The notes under the pieces: model-generated
Told to the model about the DNA's origin: nothing
Databases searched by the model: none
The model's input: the letters and a program-made list of their open reading frames with translations, nothing else
NCBI GenBank assembly: GCA_965218625.1
Contig: CBDCLG010000014.1
Location: forward strand, 30,188 to 94,187
Reading direction: 5' to 3'
Length of the DNA: 64,000 nucleotides
Source: Caldilineaceae bacterium
GTDB lineage: Bacteria > Chloroflexota > Anaerolineae > Caldilineales > Caldilineaceae
Shown: in pieces, positions 1-7,057 of the stretch
Layout: each line of letters starts with the position of its first letter
How positions within the stretch are numbered: position 1 is the stretch's first letter
Position numbers and translations under genes: made by a program

Positions 1-594
1 GCAGATGCGAGGGACGCGATTGACATCAACGCATCGGTGGATGTCAACATCAAGAACGTCGCGGATGCCAAGGGACGAAAGGCGGAGACGATGACCGTCG
101 TCGTCCTGGACAGGCCCAGGCACGAGCAGCTGTTGGAATCAGTCCGCGCCGCCGGGGCCAGAATCAAACTCATTACCGACGGAGATGTTGCAGCTGGAAT
201 TCAAGCGGCGTTGCCGGGAAGCGGAGTGGACATGCTCATGGGCATCGGCGGCGCTCCTGAAGGGGTGCTGGCCGCCGCGGCAATCAGATGCCTCGGTGGA
301 GCGATTCAGTGTAAGGCTTGGCCCCGAGATTCCAAGGAGCGGACGGCTGCAGAGGCGGCCGGAGTGGATGTCGAAAAGGTCTACTGTACGGAAGAACTGG
401 TGGGCGGAGAAGATGTGTATTTCGCCGCCACTGGGGCGAGTTCCAGTGAGCTGCTTAAAGGAGTGAAACTCACGACGGACGGCGCATCCACTCAATCGTT
501 GGTGATGTGCAACCGTTCCGGTACGGTCCGCTGGATAGACTCCTTTTACAATTTGGGAGGGTCGCGCCAAGTCATCTACCGGTCGTCTGGATGA
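1..594 (+). CDS. glpX: Fructose-1,6-bisphosphatase class II (GlpX family), C-terminal ~197 aa; 5' end lies outside the window
   Basis: Frame 1 is open from base 1 and runs into track ORF 37..594. Motifs VVVLDRPRH, IKLITDGDV and GIGGAPEGVLAAAA.RCLGG are recalled from GlpX-type FBPases. The next gene is an aldolase. Confidence 0.8.
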   Translation, partial: ADARDAIDINASVDVNIKNVADAKGRKAETMTVVVLDRPRHEQLLESVRAAGARIKLITDGDVAAGIQAALPGSGVDMLMGIGGAPEGVLAAAAIRCLGGAIQCKAWPRDSKERTAAEAAGVDVEKVYCTEELVGGEDVYFAATGASSSELLKGVKLTTDGASTQSLVMCNRSGTVRWIDSFYNLGGSRQVIYRSSG

Positions 595-843
595 CAGGCG
601 CTTTGGAGGCTTTTGATGACCCCGCTGCATGACGGAGGAGAGCCTTTGCAGACCAATGTGCGGCAGACAACTGTTCCCGCTACGGATTCGAGTCGTGGAG
701 CTTCATGGACGCTTCAACAGAATACGGTCAAGGCAGGCGCCTGGATAAGAGTCCTGTTGCGTCCTACACCGCGCCCGGATAATATACGACTGCGCCGCTG
801 CAAATCCCTGATCGAACCTTATGGAGGGTAAAGGAGACTGATT

Positions 844-1899
844 ATGGACATCAAAAAGCTGGCTGCCGCCGCCCGAGCCCTGGTCACACCGGGCAAGGGC
901 ATCTTAGCTGCGGACGAGAGTTCCGGCACCATCAAGCGTCGTTTCGATTCGATCGATGTCGGGAGCACAGAAGACAATAGGCGGACCTATCGGGAGATGC
1001 TTTTTCGCACGGATGATGTTGAAGCCTGGATCAGCGGGGTGATCCTCTACGACGAGACCGCCAGGCAGAAGGGAGTGGACGGCATCCCGCTTGTGAGGGT
1101 CCTCTCCAACCGCGGAATCGTTCCGGGAATCAAGGTGGACAAAGGAACGCAACCCCTGGCCGGTTCTCCCGGTGAGCTGATTACTGAAGGTCTGGACGGT
1201 CTGGGGCAGCGGCTGGCGGAATACTATGAGATGGGGCTTAGATTCGCCAAGTGGCGAGCGGTAATAACCGTCGGAGAGGGCATTCCCACGCACTACTGCA
1301 TTGAAGCGAACGCCCATGCGCTGGCCAGGTACGCAGCTGTCAGCCAACACGCGGGTCTTGTGCCCATCGTAGAGCCGGAGGTGTTGATGGACGGCGACCA
1401 CGGCATCGACGACTGCTATGCCGCCACTAAAGCCACCTTGCAGGAGACATTCGCTCAATTATCCCGGCAGAGAGTTGCGTTGGCAGGAATGCTGCTGAAG
1501 CCCAATATGGTGGTCTCCGGTTCGTCCGCATCGAATAGAGCGGATCCGGCAACGGTCGCTGCGATGACTGTCGAATGTTTCAAACAGACCATACCGGCAG
1601 CGATGCCGGGCGTCGTGTTTCTCTCTGGAGGGCAGACCGACAACGAAGCGACGGCAAACCTGAACGCAATCAACTTGGAGGCTGCCAAGGTGGGCGTTCC
1701 GTGGACGCTCAGCTTCTCGTTCGGCCGGGGCCTTCAGAGCGCCCCCTTGAAGGCATGGGGCGGAAAAGAAGAACACGCCCCTGCGGCCCAAGCTGCTTTC
1801 AAGTTGAGGGCCAGGCTGACCAGCGCCGCTCAGCTGGGCAAATACAGCTCCAGATATGGAGACCCAATCGGTCACAGTGTAATGGGTAACGGGAACTGA
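844..1899 (+). CDS. fba: Fructose-bisphosphate aldolase, class I
   Basis: 351 aa. The N-terminus (KGILAADESSGTIKRRF) and overall length match class I (Schiff-base) aldolases. GGAGG-type SD lies just upstream of the ATG. Confidence 0.85.
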   Translation: MDIKKLAAAARALVTPGKGILAADESSGTIKRRFDSIDVGSTEDNRRTYREMLFRTDDVEAWISGVILYDETARQKGVDGIPLVRVLSNRGIVPGIKVDKGTQPLAGSPGELITEGLDGLGQRLAEYYEMGLRFAKWRAVITVGEGIPTHYCIEANAHALARYAAVSQHAGLVPIVEPEVLMDGDHGIDDCYAATKATLQETFAQLSRQRVALAGMLLKPNMVVSGSSASNRADPATVAAMTVECFKQTIPAAMPGVVFLSGGQTDNEATANLNAINLEAAKVGVPWTLSFSFGRGLQSAPLKAWGGKEEHAPAAQAAFKLRARLTSAAQLGKYSSRYGDPIGHSVMGNGN

Positions 1900-2090
1900 C
1901 AGACGTTTGTAGACCGGCTTCCTTATATGGTGGGCGGCTGTGTCGTCATCAGCCGGTCAGCTGGATTCGCGCCCAAACCGTTTCGGTTTCAGACCAACGA
2001 TGCGGAAGAATGGGGGCGTTGGGATATGAACCTTTATGTTGTGGTTCAGTTTTTGGGGCCCACTTCACGGAGCCGGCCGCATTCGCCTAA

Positions 2091-2141
2091 ATGCGCCTTA
2101 TTTTCCCCATTTCGTGGTCTAACGATTGGGGTCAACCATAA
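2091..2141 (+). repeat. Copy A of a 51-bp repeat whose limits coincide with a 16-codon ORF (MRLIFPISWSNDWGQP*)
   Basis: ATGCGCCTTATTTTCCCCATTTCGTGGTCTAACGATTGGGGTCAACCATAA. An inverted, 86%-identical copy sits at 4770-4814 plus 6318-6331. Similarity ends at the start and stop codons. Confidence 0.6.
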
Positions 2142-2393
2142 TCGCGAGCGGTGTCGATGCGGCGTTTGGTTTCGGCGTCCAGCAAGGTTATTCCCCTGGA
2201 AGGCGAAAGTCAGGCGATTGGTTGATGCAAACGTGACTCTACAACGAACTCGACATGCTTGCGGAGGCGTGTCGAGCGGGGTTGGGGCAAGCGGTGATGC
2301 CGCTCAGATTCTCATGCCGGTCTCTCTTGGGAGCTGCTCGAATTCTCCAGGCAGGAATGCCTGTCCAAATGCGGGCTCGAACTCCTGTGGAAA

Positions 2394-2885
2394 TCAGGAT
2401 GGCGCGTCGTTTCCGCTGCTTGATGGACCCGCTGTGGGTCTTTGGAGGATAAGGACTGGTGTGCCGTAGATTCTCCCACCAACGTCTTCAAGGCTGATGT
2501 GTCGTATGTCGACCGATTTCCCCAGTTTGCTTGTCCAGGTACCGTCGCTCAGCTGGCGAGCGGCATGCGTGGGAACTCCATCGGGGCCGGCGAAAAGCGC
2601 CACTTTTTCTTTGCCCTCTTCCAAGTTGCAATCTGTGCAGATCTCAAAGCCAAGTTCCAGGAAGGCCTCCGCGTAGGCTTTTACTGTGTATTGTCTTTGC
2701 GCCCTTTCGGGCCAATAGTACTGGAAAAACGGGTCCGGTTCCCACCAGCGTGAATCATCTCCCGCTGCCCACGCGATACAGTTGTAGTCCGGCGCCGCTT
2801 CGCTCGTAATTCCGTAGGCCGTACCTGTGAGTCGCGGAAAATTCAGTTCCAACTTTACCACTTCATCCCAGACCTCTTCCCCCAC
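2394..2885 (-). CDS. Hypothetical protein, possible papain-fold (NlpC/P60- or CHAP-like) Cys-His hydrolase
   Basis: 163-aa ORF, last gene of a three-gene minus-strand operon. YNCIAWA (candidate nucleophile Cys) followed ~70 aa later by PTHAARQLSDGTWTSKLG (candidate His) resembles the Cys...His order of NlpC/P60/CHAP enzymes. Motif-level only. The start overlaps the upstream gene by 31 nt, so the true start is uncertain. Confidence 0.5.
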   Translation of the reverse strand: MGEEVWDEVVKLELNFPRLTGTAYGITSEAAPDYNCIAWAAGDDSRWWEPDPFFQYYWPERAQRQYTVKAYAEAFLELGFEICTDCNLEEGKEKVALFAGPDGVPTHAARQLSDGTWTSKLGKSVDIRHISLEDVGGRIYGTPVLILQRPTAGPSSSGNDAPS

Positions 2886-3307
2886 TCCAACCAGTCTTGA
2901 GCCATCGCTGTGATGTTGCCTCTATGTTCAGGAAGCACGGGGTTTTCCAGCGTGATTTCATTGAGTGCCCAAAACCAGTGGCTGGGTCTTTTCTCAAGGT
3001 CCCTCAGAATCAGAGGCAGAGCATGGGACCCCATTCTTACGATCTCACGGTATGCCGGATGTGCAGCGATTTCATGCATTGTCGAAAGAAAGGCGCATTC
3101 TTCATCTATGATCTCAGCGAGATCCTTGAAATACAGGGCGGCATTCTCTTCTAGCGCTATGTTCGAGGCTTCGGTAATAGAGGTAGAAAGCCCTTCATTT
3201 AGCCCCGCCTGCAGAAGGTTCCACATGGGCTGGCCAAACGCTCTTGACTCCGGGGACACATAAGCATCAACGGACAACTGATCTTCCAACAGGACCACGC
3301 CGGTCAT
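2855..3307 (-). CDS. Hypothetical protein (150 aa)
   Basis: ORF whose start (ATGA at 3304-3307) overlaps the stop of the upstream gene. Coding-like composition. No family recognised. Confidence 0.5.
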   Translation of the reverse strand: MTGVVLLEDQLSVDAYVSPESRAFGQPMWNLLQAGLNEGLSTSITEASNIALEENAALYFKDLAEIIDEECAFLSTMHEIAAHPAYREIVRMGSHALPLILRDLEKRPSHWFWALNEITLENPVLPEHRGNITAMAQDWLEWGKRSGMKW

Positions 3308-4113
3308 GTCCGTTCCTCCTCTCCAAGTAGCGCGCGGAGCCGAGCGGTAATGCTGTCTTCGAAGGCCATAACTACGTTGTCGTGGGCGATCTGAACTTCC
3401 TTCTTCAATGCGGTCGCGTCGGGCTCCAGGGGTCGGGCGTATCTGTCATAAAGGTCCAACATGAAGGCCTGTTTTCCTTCGGCCGCCTGGGGGGGAGAAG
3501 AGGTCCCGAAGGATATCAAAACGGTATGCCCCTGCTCGGCTTGAGGCGCCTCGACTCTGACGAGAAATGGGCCGTGTGTGTTTCCCAAGGAGTGCGGTAG
3601 TTTCGGATAGATAGTAAAGTAATCCTCCATTGAGACGATTTTTTCCGGAATTTCTATCCTGTTGATGTATCGTAATCCCAGCTTGACAATGCTCTTGGGT
3701 ACGGCGACTTCAACGTAAACGTTGAGTGCTTCATAAATGATCTTTTCCCAGTTCTCAAAGTGGCGATATGGCAGCAGTTGATTGACGACAATAAGATTCT
3801 CGGCCACCTGTATCATCAGGCTGCCCTCTTGTGTGAGGAACTGCATCCACGGCGGCAGTCGTTGTACGCCAGCTGACGCGGTATCCGGCCCCATTGTGAT
3901 CTGGGCCTCCTGAATCTCGCGCCTCTGCTTCCTGGGAAAATCGGATCTGACCCTTTCGTAAAACGCGCCGGGGACTGTATCGTCCCAATCTGATTCGGCG
4001 AAATAGATTTCACAGAGCGCTTCGACAACGGGAGCATTCCGATAACTGCGGTCGGGTATTCCTCGGTGGGCGTGACCGTCCGCGGTACGCGTAGATTTCG
4101 CTTCACTGCCCAT
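3304..4113 (-). CDS. TIGR04255-like uncharacterised protein
   Basis: 269 aa. The N-terminal Y.NAPVVEALCEIYF block and the size are as I recall for the TIGR04255 family. First gene of the operon. Confidence 0.6.
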   Translation of the reverse strand: MGSEAKSTRTADGHAHRGIPDRSYRNAPVVEALCEIYFAESDWDDTVPGAFYERVRSDFPRKQRREIQEAQITMGPDTASAGVQRLPPWMQFLTQEGSLMIQVAENLIVVNQLLPYRHFENWEKIIYEALNVYVEVAVPKSIVKLGLRYINRIEIPEKIVSMEDYFTIYPKLPHSLGNTHGPFLVRVEAPQAEQGHTVLISFGTSSPPQAAEGKQAFMLDLYDRYARPLEPDATALKKEVQIAHDNVVMAFEDSITARLRALLGEEERT

Positions 4114-4379
4114 GGATTCGCCTCCTTGTCAAAAGTCGGCACAAGCGTGGAAAGTCGAGGACTCTCTGCCTCAAATTAACAGGCGCCGACCCCCAAGGTA
4201 CCTCCTTTACCCTTTCGTTCATGAAGTCGATTCAGATTCCGTGGTTCTTCGTTACTTGGCGGTTGGTTTCAAATGACGTCAGTTGGCCCCATCTGGGGCG
4301 AAGTATACCACTCTCCGCTGGTTTGGTAGGAAGCCGGGGCTTTCCCGCGTGCTCCAGCAGTCCAGTCCAGACCCGCCGT

Positions 4380-4769
4380 TCACGCGGCGAACTGGTTCAA
4401 CGAAACGTAGTCTTTGATATATTCAGGCACAAGCACGCGGTATCGATTGGGTATGCGGGCGTAATCATCCAGCGAGAGGGCCGGGTTGGTCGCAAGTTGT
4501 GTCAGTTTGCGGCTGGCAACGATTTGACGGACCTCTTCGCTGGTCGCGTATGCCTTGAAGTAGGCCTTTATCATGGGGATGGCTTCGGTCTCTTGCGGTT
4601 CGTCTCCGTCAGGCTGATGATCGGCCACAAACTTGGCGAACTCCTCCTCCAGCAGCTCGTCCCTGGACTTGAAACGCGGGATTTTGTCGAAAACCTTTTT
4701 CAGAATTTCCCGCAGGCTCAGGCGGCGGTCCACGGCCGCGGCCTTCCGCAACTTTGCCAAGGTGTAATA
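4380..4769 (-). pseudogene. Orphan 3' gene fragment, possibly the C-terminal tail of a helicase-type restriction subunit (HsdR/Res-like)
   Basis: The frame is open only from the TAG at 4770-4772 and has no ATG (the track uses TTG at 4760). The translated tail ...IKAYFKAYATSEEVRQIV...YRVLVPEYIKDYVSLNQF resembles C-termini of restriction R subunits from memory. It is truncated exactly at the 51-bp repeat. Confidence 0.35.
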
Positions 4770-4814
4770 CTATGGTGAGCCCCAATCGTTAGACCACGAA
4801 ATGGGAAAAATAAG
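4770..4814 (-). repeat. Copy B (distal 45 bp) of the 51-bp repeat / 16-codon ORF, split by the IS66-family insertion
   Basis: Minus strand CTTATTTTTCCCATTTCGTGGTCTAACGATTGGGGCTCACCATAG. The first two codons, ATGTAC, lie at 6331-6326. Removing the IS and one TSD copy restores MYLIFPISWSNDWGSP*. Confidence 0.6.
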
Positions 4815-6317
4815 GTAACTACTAAGCCATTTCTCTTGGATGTAGTAGAGTTAAGAGATATGAGTGAATTGGTACAGTTAGACCGAGAGCAACTCAAGCG
4901 CTTAGACCAAGAGAGCCTGATCGAGCTGATTCTGCTTCTGCAGCAGCAGTTGGCAGCCCAGCAAGAGTTGATCCAGAAGTTGCAGGACCAACTGGCGAAA
5001 GACAGTCGCAATCGTGGCAAGCCGCCGAGCAGCGATGATCTGAAGAAAGGGAGACGAAAGAGCTTGCGCCGTTCTGGGCAGCGGCCACGTGGTGGACAAC
5101 GCGGGCACAAAGGGCGCACCTTGATGCAGGTGGCGGAGCCGGAGCATATCGTTGTTCATGGTCTGGCGGGTTGTCCGCACTGCCAGACAGCGTTGACAGA
5201 GGTAGCTGTTCAAAGGCATGTGAAACGGCAGGTCTTCGATATTCCACCGGCCAGCATCGAAGTGACAGAACATCAGGCGCAGGTGAAGCAGTGTCCTGGC
5301 TGCGGCGCCTGCGTGAAGGGAGCGTTTCCCTCCTGCGTGCGCCAACCCACGCAGTATGGTCCACGTCTGAAAGCAGTCGCTTGCTACCTGTACAGCCAAC
5401 AGTTCATCCCCTTGGCGCGCATCGGAGAGTTGCTGAGGGCGCTCTACGGTCATGCCCCCTCTGAGCCGGTCGTGCTCGCCGCCGCCCGCCAACTTGCCAC
5501 CCGCACGCACGCCAGCCTGGAACAGATTCGCCAACAACTGATCGCTGCTTCCTGTCGTCCATTTCGACGAGAGTGGCTTGCGTGTCGATGGTCGCTTGCA
5601 GTGGCTGCACGTGGCCAGCACCGAGAAGCTGACCCATTACCACGTCCACGACAAACGGGGGCATGTCGGTATGCGAGACGGAGGCATCTTGCCCCACTTC
5701 AAGGGCGTTGCTCTGCATGACCACTGGCGCTCCTACCTCAAGTTTACCGATTGTCAGCATAGTTTCTGCAATGTCCATCATCTGCGCGAACTGCGTTTTG
5801 TGGCCGAGCAATACGACCAGAGCATGGGCGGCGCAGATGGAACGTTTGTTGTTGGATATCAAAGCCGAAGTTGCATCGACTTCAGCACTGCACACTGCCT
5901 TGCCACCAGACCGCCTGGCCGACTACGAGACACAGTACGATGCGCTCATTGCTCAGGGCTTTGCCGCCAACCCCTCCGCAGCAAAGACCAAACCCAGGCC
6001 CATCGGCCGACCCAAACAGTCGCCGCCCAAAAACCTGCTCGACCGCTTGTACAGACAGAAAGCCGGCGTCTTAGCTTTCATGTATGACTTCCGCATCCCC
6101 TTCGACAACAATCTGGCCGAACGCGACGTGCGCATGATTAAAGTCCAACAGAAAGTCTCCGGCTGCTTCCGTACACCTGAAGGTGCCCATATCTACTGTG
6201 CGTTACGTTCCTATATCTCGACTGCACGCAAACATGGCCTCAACGCCATTGATGCCATCTACAACGCTTTCCTTGACCAACCCTTCTTCCCTCACACCTC
6301 TCAGGCTTAGTAGTTAC
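4815..6317 (+). mobile_element. IS66-family insertion sequence (single-ORF, ISBst12-like size, 1503 bp), degraded
   Basis: Perfect 14-bp terminal inverted repeats: GTAACTACTAAGCC (4815-4828) and GGCTTAGTAGTTAC (6304-6317). They are flanked by an 8-bp direct duplication AAAATAAG (4807-4814 and 6318-6325). An 8-bp TSD and GTAA termini are typical of IS66. Confidence 0.85.
4836..6310 (+). pseudogene. IS66-family transposase (TnpC-like) with two frame breaks
   Basis: Homology runs through three frames. Frame A reaches ...QLIAAS (~5552). Frame B continues VVHFDESGLRVDGRLQWLHVAS...HHLRELRFVAEQYDQ (~5554-5820). Frame C continues AWAAQMERLLLDIK...FDNNLAERDVRMIKVQQKVSGCFR to 6310. The breaks are near 5553 and 5821. 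Confidence 0.85.
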
Positions 6318-6331
6318 AAAATAAGGTACAT

Positions 6332-6532
6332 TCAAGATTCCCGCAGCGTGCCCGTCTCTTTGGCCTCCTGTGCCTCGGCGATCAGGGAATCCAACTTGCC
6401 CTTCACTGAATCGGCTTCGATTTGCTGGTCCCATCTGTCCCGGTCCAGCTGGCTGAACCACGCCCTGAATCGGGCGTAGTCCTCTTCTGGAAGCGCAAGG
6501 ACGGCCTCCTGAAGCGTGGCGATATTCGACAT
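6332..6532 (-). CDS. Small (66 aa) antitoxin-like / addiction-module-component-like protein, no partner gene present
   Basis: MSNIATLQEAVLALPEEDYARFRAWFSQLDRDRWDQQIEADSVKGKLDSLI... resembles small antitoxin-type proteins usually paired with RelE/ParE toxins (memory only). Its stop abuts the ATG of repeat copy B. Confidence 0.45.
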   Translation of the reverse strand: MSNIATLQEAVLALPEEDYARFRAWFSQLDRDRWDQQIEADSVKGKLDSLIAEAQEAKETGTLRES

Positions 6533-7057
6533 TTTCTTTCCTCCTCATTCTCGCGCTGGTGTGGGTGGGTGGAACCTCGCCCCATGGTCCAGCGGCTGCA
6601 TAACAGCGTTCGATCGTATTTCAATGTCTCTTGGTGGTCGATCCGCACGAATGTATGGGGATATCGTATCATACAGAACTCAACACACGCATCGCTGCGG
6701 TATCCCCCGCAAAGTCTGCCCTCTATCTCAAACCGACACATAGGACAGTCGCGGCCTGCTGCGCTTCGTTGGCGGCGTTTGCGCGCGGGAGCGCGGTGCG
6801 GTCGGGTGAATCTGGTGGGGGTGGGGATGGGGCGGTGCGCCGGTCAATCTGTTGTCAGGACGGGAGGCTTGGTTGGCCTCTGTCTATGTCGGTGCGGCCT
6901 GTGTTGCGAGTTCGCGCGGCCCTGAACAGCGGGTGTCTTTGATTACGGCGTACTCCGCGGGGCGGGGGAAGTCAATAGAAATGGGGATTTGCTAACGGAA
7001 CTCTTATGCAGGGGTGAGGGAACCGAGTACAACGACGAGGGTTGTCGCTACGTTTGG

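Noticed and set aside
1927-2469. 180-aa + strand ORF across the 1900-2393 spacer
   Set aside because: No SD, non-protein-like, and it reads through the 51-bp repeat in a different frame from the conserved 16-codon ORF.
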